Below, piece by piece: positions 40,842 to 50,130 of a stretch of DNA of 64,000 bases. The stretch is from assembly GCA_963805975.1 (NCBI GenBank), contig CAWDVR010000001.1:1097577-1161576 (forward strand), read 5' to 3'. The notes under the pieces were generated by a model that saw only the letters and a list, made by a program, of their open reading frames with translations, did no database searches and was not told where the DNA came from. How positions within the stretch are numbered: position 1 is the first letter of the stretch; each line of letters starts with the position of its first letter. A program made the position numbers and the translations under genes. This stretch comes from an uncultured Acidobacteriota bacterium (GTDB lineage Bacteria; Acidobacteriota; Thermoanaerobaculia; Multivoradales; SZUA-115).

Positions 40842-41956
40842 AGGGGGATCTCCTGAGGGGGGAGCCCCCCTTCCGCTCGCAGTACATGGCGTGGGCCAAG
40901 ACCCAGTCGCAGGCGCGCTTCGGCCTGGCGGCCAGCAACATGGCCCCGTTCCCGCTCGCCGAGCTGGACGCGACGATCGACAACCTCGAGATCAACGGCC
41001 CCACCACCTACGGCTACCCGCCCCTGCAGGCCGCGCTGGCCGCCAAGTGCGAGGTGGCCGAGGACTCCGTGCTCACCGCCATCGGCACTACCCAGGCCAA
41101 TCACTTGGTGATGGCGGCGCTGCTCTCGCCCGGCGACCATCTGCTGATCGAGCACCCGGTCTACGAGCCGATGGTGGCCCTCGCCCGGCAGGTGGGGGCC
41201 GAGGTCGACTTCTTCACCCGGCGCGCCGAGACAGGCTTCGGCGTCGACCCGGAGGAGGTGGAGAGGAAGGTCACACCGAGGACGCGCCTGATCGCGATCA
41301 CCGACCTCCACAACCCGAGCAGCGCGCGGCTGGACGAGCCCACGCTGGCGGCTCTCGCGGGCGTCGCGCGCCGGGCCGGTGCGCGCCTGCTGGTGGACGA
41401 GGTCTATCTCGAGATGGCATGGGTGGAGGGCGATCGCTCGCGCCCCGGCGTGGCCTCGGCCTTCCACCTCGGCCCCGAGGTCGTGGCCACCAGCAGCTTG
41501 ACCAAGGCCTATGGGCTGTCGGGGCTGCGCTGCGGCTGGGTGTTGGCCGAACCTTCCCTGGTCTGCCGGATGTGGGAGCTCGCCGACCTCTTCGTGGGCA
41601 CCCCGGCCCACCCCGCCGAGCTGTTGAGCGTCCTCGCCCTCGCAAGGCTGGGGAAGATCGCGGACCGGGCACAGGAGATCCTCGTTGCCAACCGCGCGCT
41701 GGTAGGGACTTTTCTCGACGGTCGCGACGACCTCGAGATCGCCCGGCCGCGCTTCGGCAGCGTGCTCTTCCCGCGCTGGGCGGGCGGCGATGTCGAGCCG
41801 CTCTGCCGCCTGCTGCGCGAGAAGCACGAGACCGCGGTCGTGCCCGGCCGCTTCTTCGGCGCACCGGAGCACTTCCGCTTCGGCATCGGCGGCTCGACCG
41901 AGGTTCTGCGAGCCGGGCTCGAGAGGCTGGGAGCGGCGCTCGACGAATTGAGGTGA
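40820..41956 (+). CDS. PLP-dependent aminotransferase, class I/II
   Basis: The block SSLTKAYGLSGLRCGW carries the PLP-lysine. The NPSSARL and YLEMAW blocks are also present. The ATG at 40820 is preceded by AAGGAG; the track's GTG start is 40805. It overlaps the permease stop, which suggests an operon. Confidence 0.8.
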   Translation: MGSSDSLKGDLLRGEPPFRSQYMAWAKTQSQARFGLAASNMAPFPLAELDATIDNLEINGPTTYGYPPLQAALAAKCEVAEDSVLTAIGTTQANHLVMAALLSPGDHLLIEHPVYEPMVALARQVGAEVDFFTRRAETGFGVDPEEVERKVTPRTRLIAITDLHNPSSARLDEPTLAALAGVARRAGARLLVDEVYLEMAWVEGDRSRPGVASAFHLGPEVVATSSLTKAYGLSGLRCGWVLAEPSLVCRMWELADLFVGTPAHPAELLSVLALARLGKIADRAQEILVANRALVGTFLDGRDDLEIARPRFGSVLFPRWAGGDVEPLCRLLREKHETAVVPGRFFGAPEHFRFGIGGSTEVLRAGLERLGAALDELR

Positions 41957-41965
41957 GACCGGTGC

Positions 41966-42664
41966 TCAGGCCGCCGCCGGCCGTTTGCCGAGCGCCTCGG
42001 CCGCGTACAGCACCAGCGAGCAACCGACCGGGAAGACCACCTCGTTGATGGCACGCGGCAGCACCGCCGCGAAGGTGGCGGGCGCCGGTGCGGCCCGGGT
42101 GATCACGGTGACGATCACGATGCCGAAGGTGAGGCCGGCGGCAGCGCCCATGCCGAGATAGGCGCCGAGCCCGCGGCCCTGGCGGCTCATCTTTCCGAGC
42201 ACGAAGCCCAGCACCGCGTACTCGACGGCTTTGAGAGCGGCGATCAACAGGGGAGATGCGCCGCCGGTGGCGCCCGCGAGCCCCAGTGCCTGGCCGACCG
42301 CCTTGTGGGTGGACTTGGCGGTGGTGAAGGCGACCGGTGCCGAGATCAGGCCGAGCACGCCCATCACGGCCGGCCGGCTCTTGGCCGCGGCAGTGCCGAA
42401 AGCGATGCCGACGCAGACCAGGAACGACCAGGAGACTTTTTGCACCAGGTCCGCCACGATCGCCGCGGCCTTGAACGAGCCCGCGGTGGCGAGAAGCCCG
42501 AGCAGCAGCAGGATCTCGATCGCGATGCCGAGCAGGATCGACATCCACGCCACCGTCATCAGCTTGCGCCACATGTCCGGCGGCTGCTCTTGCGTGGCGA
42601 TGGCGGGGGAGCCTGCCGTCGCCAGACGTTCGCTCGCGAGATCCAGATCTGTCGTCATCGCCAT
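41966..42664 (-). CDS. Hypothetical integral membrane protein
   Basis: A 232-aa ORF with 5-6 Gly/Ala-rich hydrophobic segments. I recognise no family motif. Confidence 0.6.
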   Translation of the reverse strand: MAMTTDLDLASERLATAGSPAIATQEQPPDMWRKLMTVAWMSILLGIAIEILLLLGLLATAGSFKAAAIVADLVQKVSWSFLVCVGIAFGTAAAKSRPAVMGVLGLISAPVAFTTAKSTHKAVGQALGLAGATGGASPLLIAALKAVEYAVLGFVLGKMSRQGRGLGAYLGMGAAAGLTFGIVIVTVITRAAPAPATFAAVLPRAINEVVFPVGCSLVLYAAEALGKRPAAA

Positions 42665-42772
42665 CCCTCCGTCAGGCCTTCAAGGTTGCGCCGGACCCTA
42701 ACGGCCGCCTGGCCGCGGTTCCACCGGCTTGGGTCAGGGAGCAGACCTGTCGAAAGGAAGGAAGGCCCCGGC

Positions 42773-43147
42773 TCAAGGCTCGTCCTCGGAGACCTCCTCC
42801 AGCCAGATGGTGTCGAGGTCGATGTTGACGGCCAGGTGCGCCATCCCGGCGCCGGGCGTGGCGCCGTGCCAGTGCTTCTCGCCGGCCGGGACGTAGACCG
42901 TCTCGCCGGGGCCGGCCTCCATCAGTGGCCCACCCCAATGCCGGTAGCGGCAGCGACCCTCCACCACGAACAGCAACTGCACGCCGCTGTGGGTGTGCCA
43001 GTGGGTGCGGGCGCCTGGCGCGAACTCCACCCGGTAGAGCTTCACGCCCCCCAGGTCTTCCGGCGCTGGCTCGAGGGTCACCTCGCCGGTGAAGTACGAG
43101 GGATCACCCGGCTTGCCTGCCAGGCGACCGAGATCGAGCGTGTGCAT
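42773..43147 (-). CDS. Cupin-domain protein
   Basis: A 124-aa ORF with the two cupin motifs: G.RTHWHTHSGVQ and GETVYVPAGEKHWHG. Confidence 0.8.
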   Translation of the reverse strand: MHTLDLGRLAGKPGDPSYFTGEVTLEPAPEDLGGVKLYRVEFAPGARTHWHTHSGVQLLFVVEGRCRYRHWGGPLMEAGPGETVYVPAGEKHWHGATPGAGMAHLAVNIDLDTIWLEEVSEDEP

Positions 43148-43341
43148 TTCACGTTCCTCCGAGGTCTCGCGGTTGGCGCGAGGAATGGCCTGCCATGGGG
43201 CGACGAGAGCGTACCATTGCGGTGATCCGTCCTACGCAAACCGTAGGAGATCGTTGTATACTGCGCGGACCACAAACGCAGAGGGGCTGATCTGCGGTCC
43301 AAAATCGAGTCTACTGTCCGCAGCTACACTCTCCGCATCGC

Positions 43342-45993
43342 ATGAGGTGCCCTTTGATGAGACGAACTTGCACGCTCGTTGTCTGGTGCGCTCTCGTCGC
43401 TCTCGCCACCGCCCTACCGGCGGCGGCCCAGAGCTACGAGGTCAAGCTGCTCACCGGCAAGCTCAACCCCCCGGCCGGCCTCTCCACCGGAGAGCGGCAG
43501 CGGATCGCCGACCAGGGCGCTGCCCTGGCGGCAGCCGGCGAAGACCGTATGCACGTGCTGGTGCAGTTCAAGGCGATTCCGGACGCGGCCCAGCAGGAGG
43601 CCTTGCGCCGTGACGGCATCGACCTCGGGGCGTACCTGCCCGACAACGCCTGGGTCGCCTCGGTGCCGGCGCGCCAGGCTGCGGACGTCCTGGCGCGGTC
43701 CGAGGTGCGTTGGGCCACGGCCTGGGGCACCTCGCAGAAGCTTCATCCGCGGGTCGTGGCGGGCGATTTCGGCTCCTGGACGCGCGACCCCTCCCGGCCG
43801 GAGTGGGTGATGCTCTTCGTGCTCCTTCACCATGATGTGGACATCGCCCGCGGCGCCGAGATCGCGGCCGCCCGCGGTGGTGTTGCCATGGACCCGGTGC
43901 TCGGCCTGCACGGCATGACGGTGTGGATGCCGCAGAGCCGCATCGCCGAGCTGGCCCGCGAGGAGCAGGTGATGTGGGTCGAGGAAGGCCCCAAGCCGCT
44001 CTCCGAGACCAACGACGGCGTGCGGGCGCTGATGAACGCCAATCCGATCAAGACCGCGCCCTATAACCTCGACGGCACGGGCGTGCGCGTCTTCGTGTTC
44101 GACGGCGGCCAGGTGCGCGCCACGCACAACTTCTTCAACCCCGGCACGGTGATCATCACCACTGCCGACACCATCTCCGACCACTCGACCCACGTCGCGG
44201 GCACCGCGGTGGGCGACGGTGATGGCGGGCGCGGCGAAGGCTTGGCCGACAACGCGGACCTCCTTTCGACCGGCTACGATCAGACCGGCGGCACGATGCT
44301 CTTCTGGGACAACGCGGGCGACATCGAGAGTGAGTACACGCTGGCCCGCAACACCCACAACCTCGACCTGGCCAACAACTCGATCGGCAGCAACACGGCC
44401 GCCAACGGCTTCCCTTGCGCCACCGAGGGTGACTACGGCGTGACCTCGAGCCTGCTCGACCAGATCGTGCGCGACGACAACCCGTCGGTGAACGGCGCCG
44501 TGACCCTCGCCTGGGCGAACGGCAACGAACGCAGCGGCGGCTCGCCACGCGGCCGTTGCGGCTCGAACTTCCTGACCACCGCCGAGCCTTCCTGCGCCAA
44601 GAACCCGATCCACGTCGGCGCCCTCAACTCGGACGGCGGCTCGATGACCACCTTCAGCTCCTGGGGCCCTTGCGACGACGGCCGGATGAAGCCGATCGTG
44701 TCGGCAGCCGGCTGCGAGACCGGTCGGGTGAGCGGCGAGACCGGTGTCTTCTCCTCGTTCGGTACCAGTGACTCTGCCACCAACGGCACCTTCTGCGGTA
44801 CCTCGATGGCGACGCCGGCAGTGTCCGGGCTGATCGCTCTGCTCACTCAGGACTGGCGTGCCCTCGGCTTCGGCGGCGCCAACGACCGGCCGCTCCCGGC
44901 GCTGGTCAAGGCGATGCTGATCCAGACCACGAGCGACATGGGCAACGACGGGCCGGACTACCGCTTCGGCTATGGCAACGTCAACGGCCAGGCGCTGATC
45001 GACCTGCTGCGCGACGGCGATCCGATCGGCACCGGTGGTCCCTCGACCGACCGCTGGGGCACCGACTCGATCACCAACGGCGGGACCGACAACTACAGCT
45101 TCACGGTGCCCGCCGGCACCGGCGTGCTCAAGGCCAGCCTGGCCTGGGACGACGCCTCGGCGGCCGCCTTCAGCGCCGACCCGCTGGTGAACGACCTCGA
45201 CCTGGTGCTGGTCGAGCCCGATGGCGTCACGCTCCACCGCGCCTTCGTGCTCAACCCGGCGAGCCCGGACGCCGCGGCCACCACCGGCACCAACACCCTC
45301 GACAACCAGGAGCAGGTGATCGTCGAAGGCCCGGCGGCCGGCGTGTGGACGGTGCGGGTCTCCGGCACGGTCGTGCCCACCGCCCCGCAGACCTACGGCC
45401 TGGCCTACAGCGCCATCCCGGAGGTGAGCATCTCGGGCGGTTGCTCGAACGCGGTGACCAACGGTGGCTTCGAGACCGACACCACCGGCTGGACGCTCTC
45501 CGGTGGAGCGACCCGTACGGCTGCTCCGGCCGCCGGCCACGGCAGCTTCTCACTCCGGTTCGGCAGCACCAACAGCGCCGTGGCGGAGGCCTTTACCGAG
45601 GTCGCCATCCCGGCCGATGCGACGCGCGCGCAGTGGAACTACTTCTTCCACCAGACCACGGACGAGGGTAGCTCCGGCTTCGGCTGGGACTTCTTCATCG
45701 CCGAGGTCCGCAGCACCGCTGGTGCCGTGCTCGCCGTCCACGATCTGCGCAGCGACGGCTTCCTGGAGAACGTCTGGTCCGGCGCTCGCAATATCGACCT
45801 GCTGCCCTTCGCCGGCCAGACGGTGCGAGTGACCTTCCGGGCGACCACGGACAGCACGCTCCCCACCACCTTCTGGGCGGACGACGTGGAGCTGGACATC
45901 TGCCTCGGGGTGTCGCCGGACATCTTCGCGGACGGCTTCGAGACCGGTGACGTCAGCCAGTGGACGCAGTGCGTGGGCACCTGCCCTCCGTGA
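43342..45993 (+). CDS. Secreted subtilisin-family (S8) serine protease with large C-terminal extension
   Basis: The signal peptide is MRRTCTLVVWCALVALATALPAAAQ. The catalytic blocks are VFVFDGG (Asp), HSTHVAGTAVG (His) and GTSMATPAVSGLIALL (Ser). Confidence 0.85.
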   Translation: MRCPLMRRTCTLVVWCALVALATALPAAAQSYEVKLLTGKLNPPAGLSTGERQRIADQGAALAAAGEDRMHVLVQFKAIPDAAQQEALRRDGIDLGAYLPDNAWVASVPARQAADVLARSEVRWATAWGTSQKLHPRVVAGDFGSWTRDPSRPEWVMLFVLLHHDVDIARGAEIAAARGGVAMDPVLGLHGMTVWMPQSRIAELAREEQVMWVEEGPKPLSETNDGVRALMNANPIKTAPYNLDGTGVRVFVFDGGQVRATHNFFNPGTVIITTADTISDHSTHVAGTAVGDGDGGRGEGLADNADLLSTGYDQTGGTMLFWDNAGDIESEYTLARNTHNLDLANNSIGSNTAANGFPCATEGDYGVTSSLLDQIVRDDNPSVNGAVTLAWANGNERSGGSPRGRCGSNFLTTAEPSCAKNPIHVGALNSDGGSMTTFSSWGPCDDGRMKPIVSAAGCETGRVSGETGVFSSFGTSDSATNGTFCGTSMATPAVSGLIALLTQDWRALGFGGANDRPLPALVKAMLIQTTSDMGNDGPDYRFGYGNVNGQALIDLLRDGDPIGTGGPSTDRWGTDSITNGGTDNYSFTVPAGTGVLKASLAWDDASAAAFSADPLVNDLDLVLVEPDGVTLHRAFVLNPASPDAAATTGTNTLDNQEQVIVEGPAAGVWTVRVSGTVVPTAPQTYGLAYSAIPEVSISGGCSNAVTNGGFETDTTGWTLSGGATRTAAPAAGHGSFSLRFGSTNSAVAEAFTEVAIPADATRAQWNYFFHQTTDEGSSGFGWDFFIAEVRSTAGAVLAVHDLRSDGFLENVWSGARNIDLLPFAGQTVRVTFRATTDSTLPTTFWADDVELDICLGVSPDIFADGFETGDVSQWTQCVGTCPP

Positions 45994-46025
45994 CAGCCTT
46001 TACTCTCTGATCTGCTTCGAACGAT

Positions 46026-46057
46026 GGGGCCGTGCGCGAGCACGGCCCCTTTTCTTT
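46026..46057 (+). terminator. Rho-independent terminator downstream of the S8 protease gene
   Basis: The stem is GGGGCCGTG (46026-46034) paired with CACGGCCCC (46041-46049), with loop CGCGAG, followed by TTTTCTTT. It lies 33 nt after the stop codon. Confidence 0.75.
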
Positions 46058-46400
46058 GTGTGCGGCCCAGCTCGCCGCGAGCAGCTCGACGTGATCCACT
46101 TCCAGCACCAGCCCACTCCGTGGTCCAGCCGGGGTGGCCTCGCGGTGGCCGGCTCCGTGCTCGTCGACACGAACGGCGATGGCCGCACGGACACCCGGCT
46201 GGCAGGCACCACCAACGTCTTCCCTGGCTGGGTGTCCCAACTGATGGCACCACGGTAGCTGCCCTGCCGAGCTGCCACTGTGATCCCAGCCAGACCTTCC
46301 TTCCCCAAGGTGTTGGCGGAGGTGGGACGCAGAGCACCTGCGTCCACTGGCACTGCCCGGCTGGTGTGAACCCCGACTAGTCGGAGCGGTTGCTGCGAGT

Positions 46401-46436
46401 CTCCTGGGTCCGATCGCCGCCGATCGGACCCAGGAG
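46401..46436 (-). terminator. Perfect 16-bp inverted repeat (hairpin), possible terminator of the 46479-47228 gene
   Basis: CTCCTGGGTCCGATCG - CCGC - CGATCGGACCCAGGAG, located 43 nt downstream of the minus-strand stop. There is no U-tract on either strand. Confidence 0.35.
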
Positions 46437-46478
46437 GTGGACTGAGCTGTCCGAGAGAATCGAGCGCGGAGGACCGGT

Positions 46479-47228
46479 CTACTTGCCGACGTACTGGATT
46501 GTCGCCTGAGTCTTGCCGTCCACTTCGGCGACCGAGAGCGTGACCTGGCGCGCGGGGTCATCGTGGCTGGCAACCAGGATCTTGCCCTGGCCGGTGATAT
46601 TGGTGACCTGAATCTGGAAGCCGGCGCTTTCGAGGGTGCTCCGGTAGTGCTCGTAGACCGTGTCGACACTGTCGCTGGTGGTCAACGAGAAGGAGCCTCC
46701 GGAGCCCTGGTCGGCGGTTGCAACGTAGGTGGCCGTGACCTCGGAGCCGGGATAGACCGGGATCCAGCTCGGTAGGTCCTCCTCCGAGCCGGCGCCGGCC
46801 TGGAACACGGTCTTGCCCGTTTCGTCGGTCATGGTCAAGGCGCCGTCGGCGCCCCCTTGAGCATCGAACCTCACCTCACCCTCGTCGGTCTTGAAGGTGA
46901 TCTTGCCGTCCTTGACGTCGTCGGCGTCGATGGTCAAGGTCTCGCCGGTCTTGACGTTGCGAAGCGTGATCTCGCGGCTGGTCTCGTCGGCGGAGACGAA
47001 CTCGACCTCCGGATTGAGCGCCGCGTAGGTCTTGCCGGCCATCGCGACCGGGTTCTTCTCGAAGTCGTTGGCAAACTGCTTGGCCTTGCTCACCCCGTAG
47101 CCCACGACGACGGTGAGCACGATGCCGACCACCAAGACCAATCCACCGCAACCGATCAAGATCCAGGCGAGCGGCGACAGGCCTTTCTTTTTCTGCTCCG
47201 GGGCTCCCGGCGGGGAAGCTACGGTCAT
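46479..47228 (-). CDS. Hypothetical membrane-anchored protein
   Basis: A 249-aa ORF with a single N-terminal TM segment (LAWILIGCGGLVLVVGIVLTVVVGY), followed by a beta-rich Thr/Asp/Gly ectodomain. Confidence 0.65.
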   Translation of the reverse strand: MTVASPPGAPEQKKKGLSPLAWILIGCGGLVLVVGIVLTVVVGYGVSKAKQFANDFEKNPVAMAGKTYAALNPEVEFVSADETSREITLRNVKTGETLTIDADDVKDGKITFKTDEGEVRFDAQGGADGALTMTDETGKTVFQAGAGSEEDLPSWIPVYPGSEVTATYVATADQGSGGSFSLTTSDSVDTVYEHYRSTLESAGFQIQVTNITGQGKILVASHDDPARQVTLSVAEVDGKTQATIQYVGK

Positions 47229-47389
47229 CGTTTTTCTCCTTGGGAGAGGTCTGTTCTAGAAGCGGTCAAGATAGCACGGAGGTCCGGGCCCGAAGCCGAG
47301 GGAGGGGTCTCTCGCGAGCAGCGCAGGTCGCCCGAAGGGAGCTCGAGCAGCGCAGCGAGAGATCTCTCCCTCGACTCGGTGTTGCCTGC

Positions 47390-48709
47390 CTACTGGTGCC
47401 GCCGGGGCGGCTCGACGATGCCGGCCTGGGCCCGCAGCCAGGCAGAGAAGCCCGCCTCGAGCTCTTTCTCCGAGGTGCCGAGAGCCGCGAGCAGGGTGCG
47501 GCCATCACTGGCTCCGCCCGCGGCCACGGCTTGCAGGAAGGTGCGGAACGCGGGTGCAGAACGCCTGCCGGATCCCTGAGGTCCAGGTCCATCGAACCCC
47601 GATCCATCGAGCAAATAGCGGACGAGGAAGCCGCTCGCCGGGTAGAGAAGGGACCGGCTCTCCGGGTCCGCGAACTCGCTCCAGCCGAGGTCGAGGATCT
47701 CGAGCACGGGCGGCCGATCCGGTTCGGACCACCGGGCGATGAGATCCAGCAGGAGCGCTCTGGGCCCGAGGGTGGTGATCTGGAACGAGTCTCCCGCGAG
47801 CTTGCCCAAGGAGCCACCGACAGAATTCGTGGATCGGGTGCGGCCGGCGAGAGAGCCCAGGCGCAGGCGGCCCGAGGAGTCCACCTGCGAGTAGGCGAGG
47901 TCTTCCGCCAGGCCCTCGTCGAGCCAGGGAGCGAGGTCCACCGCCAGCCCCAGCGCCCGCCGGTTGAGCAGGTGAACGAGCTCGTGGACGAGCAGGGCTT
48001 CCGCCTCGTCCCGTTCGGCGACGGCCAGGGCCGCGATGCCGTTGCCGGCGTGGCCGGACGGTTCGAGCTGCGCGAGACCGGGCTCCGCATCGGTAAAGGC
48101 GCGGTAGCTCTCGGCCCTGGCGAACAGCAGAACCGTCTCCTCGCCCGGTTCGGGGGAAGACAGGCCATAGCGCTCGGCATAGGACGCCGGGAGGGAGCGG
48201 GCGATGGCCGCGAGCGAGTTGAGGAGCTTACCAGGCTCGACGTCGGTCAACAGTCGGTACGGGCCCAGAGTCTCGAGCCGGGCTCCGGCTCCGAGAAAGG
48301 CATTGGCGCGGGTCAGCGCTTCGCGATCGACCCAGGCGTTGGCGGAGGACCAGGCCCGGCTTTCCCCGGCGGCGGGCTTCGCCGTTCGGAGCTCCTGACT
48401 GCGCGACAGCATCCAGCCGCGCAGATCGCCGTACGCCACCCGTACCCAGGGCGGCTGCCGCTCGACGATCGGGAGCTCGAGCGGCTCGTCGATGAACTGG
48501 ATCTCGGGGGCCCGCAGGTCGGGCCGCTCGCGCAGCCGTGTGCCGGCTTCCACGGTGATCGTCTCTGCAGGGCTGCCCGAGAGATCGAAACCGGCGCGGG
48601 TGCCGAGCACGGCCTCTTCCGCGCGCGCCGCGAGCCTCGGCGGTGCGCTGGCGAGAAGCGAGACCAGCGTGGATACCAGGGCGAGGCCGGCGGCTCTCGA
48701 ACCACGCAT
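47390..48709 (-). CDS. Secreted protein with HExxH-like block (DUF1570 / MA-clan peptidase-like)
   Basis: I place the start at the ATG at complement(48707..48709), giving MRGSRAAGLALVSTLVSLLASAPP (signal-like); the track's longer 494-aa start would overlap the upstream gene. It contains LLVHELVHLLN and PWLDEGLAEDLAY blocks. Confidence 0.55.
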   Translation of the reverse strand: MRGSRAAGLALVSTLVSLLASAPPRLAARAEEAVLGTRAGFDLSGSPAETITVEAGTRLRERPDLRAPEIQFIDEPLELPIVERQPPWVRVAYGDLRGWMLSRSQELRTAKPAAGESRAWSSANAWVDREALTRANAFLGAGARLETLGPYRLLTDVEPGKLLNSLAAIARSLPASYAERYGLSSPEPGEETVLLFARAESYRAFTDAEPGLAQLEPSGHAGNGIAALAVAERDEAEALLVHELVHLLNRRALGLAVDLAPWLDEGLAEDLAYSQVDSSGRLRLGSLAGRTRSTNSVGGSLGKLAGDSFQITTLGPRALLLDLIARWSEPDRPPVLEILDLGWSEFADPESRSLLYPASGFLVRYLLDGSGFDGPGPQGSGRRSAPAFRTFLQAVAAGGASDGRTLLAALGTSEKELEAGFSAWLRAQAGIVEPPRRHQ

Positions 48710-48711
48710 CC

Positions 48712-50064
48712 CTAGCGCGCCAGCTCGATGGGCGCCCCCGGGGAGACGGCGATCTCTTGCGGCAGGTACGAGCCTCGCAGCCAGACCACGACCTGGCGGT
48801 CGAGCATCTTGAACAGATCCTGAACCGCGGTGTCGAGCTTGCCGGCGCTCGAGATATCGGTGACCTCGCCCCAAGGCCCGCGGGAGGCGCCACGGCGCGG
48901 ATCGAGAGCCCAGACGCGGAAAGGCACCTGGAGAGTCTCCAGGTAGCGCCGCGACTCGGACGCCGGCACCTGGCTCTCGTCCGCCGGGTCCCGGCCGAGA
49001 ACCAGCACCACGGCTCGGCGCCGGCCGGTGCCCGCCGCCGACATGCCGGCCACGGCCACGGCATCGGCTAGGCGCTGCGGCGTCTTGAAGGCGCGCTGGG
49101 GGCGAGCCCGCGCCAGCAGCCAGAAGACCCCCGCGTCGCGCGAGCTGAAGTCGGGCGAGGAAGGGAAGAGCGCGTAGCTGAGGCTGGTGCCCTTCTGAGC
49201 CTCGGCAAACGGGGTGAGGAATCGCAGGCGTTGGTCGGGGCGCAGGGGCATGGCGCTGCGGGCCACCTGGGCGCTCTCGGAGAGAGCGGCATTCCCGCCG
49301 GAGACGCTGCTCAGGTTGCCGAGGATGCCGCGCATGGTGTGCGCCAGATCGCGCTGCAAGCCGTCGAAGGCCTCGAGAGAACCCTCGTCGCGGACCACCA
49401 CGATCTCTGCCCGGCCGCGCTCGATGGCCGCGATCTCCACGGGTTTGCCATTCTCGATCAGCCAGCCCTGCATGGCCTCGACCGTGGGCAGGGCGGTGCC
49501 GCGCGTGAGGAGCATAGGAAGGGCGGTGAGCTCGGCGGTCACCTCCTCGGCATAGGTGCCGCCGAACACGCGCTCGACGACCGTGCTCACCGCTTCGGAG
49601 AACTCGAGCTCGACGCGGAGATAGTGCAGGCGGTCGGGATCGAGGGGCGGCAGCTCGATCGAGTGGGGATCGCCCACCGCGAGCGGCCGGCCGTCCACGA
49701 AGGCGCGGACAGAGCGGGGCGCGGACCCCACCAGGCTCTCCCAGGCGAGCCGCGCCCGCGCCGGCGTCCCGGAGCGCTCTCCTTCGAGGACGACACCGAC
49801 CTCGGCCTCGGCCCGCGGGATATTGAGGAACTGGCGGACCTCGGCCAGCGGGTTGCCATCCTGGCCGAAGGCGATGGCCACCAGCTTGCGTGGCCGGAGC
49901 TCGGAGCCGAAGTCGTACGGGAGGCTCCAGGCGGGAGGCCGGAGCAGGCCGATGCGCTCTCCGTCGAGCCGCAGCTCCACGTGAGCGACCGCCGGGTCGA
50001 CGGCTACCTCGATGGTCTGGTAGCCGAGCACCAGCCCGATGAAGAGAGATACGAAGCTGACCAA
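48712..50064 (-). CDS. Hypothetical protein with N-terminal membrane anchor (weak VWA-like organisation)
   Basis: A 450-aa ORF. Its stop lies 2 nt upstream of the next gene's start. The stretches EIVVVRDEGS and RRAVVLVLGRD resemble VWA beta-strands, but no MIDAS DxSxS motif is seen. Confidence 0.5.
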   Translation of the reverse strand: MVSFVSLFIGLVLGYQTIEVAVDPAVAHVELRLDGERIGLLRPPAWSLPYDFGSELRPRKLVAIAFGQDGNPLAEVRQFLNIPRAEAEVGVVLEGERSGTPARARLAWESLVGSAPRSVRAFVDGRPLAVGDPHSIELPPLDPDRLHYLRVELEFSEAVSTVVERVFGGTYAEEVTAELTALPMLLTRGTALPTVEAMQGWLIENGKPVEIAAIERGRAEIVVVRDEGSLEAFDGLQRDLAHTMRGILGNLSSVSGGNAALSESAQVARSAMPLRPDQRLRFLTPFAEAQKGTSLSYALFPSSPDFSSRDAGVFWLLARARPQRAFKTPQRLADAVAVAGMSAAGTGRRRAVVLVLGRDPADESQVPASESRRYLETLQVPFRVWALDPRRGASRGPWGEVTDISSAGKLDTAVQDLFKMLDRQVVVWLRGSYLPQEIAVSPGAPIELAR

Positions 50065-50130
50065 TCGCGCCTCCCGAGAGCTAGGTTACCAGGTCTCGGG
50101 AGACGCAACGCAGCAAGTTTCCTGCCGGGC

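Noticed and set aside
39777-42572. Long minus- and plus-strand ORFs overlapping the permease and aminotransferase genes (39777..40673 -, 40790..41872 -, 40792..42048 +, 41298..42572 -).
   Set aside because: Their translations are Arg/Gly/Pro-rich and low-complexity. The competing frames carry clear APC-permease and aminotransferase signatures.
46060-46380. Possible small gene downstream of the protease (frames giving VLVDTNGDGRTDTRLAGTTNVFPGW and a Cys-rich ...CHCDPSQTFLPQGVGGGGTQSTCVHWHCPAGVNPD).
   Set aside because: There is no start codon with an RBS, the frames are broken by stops, and the listed ORF start overlaps the terminator hairpin. At best this is decayed coding debris.
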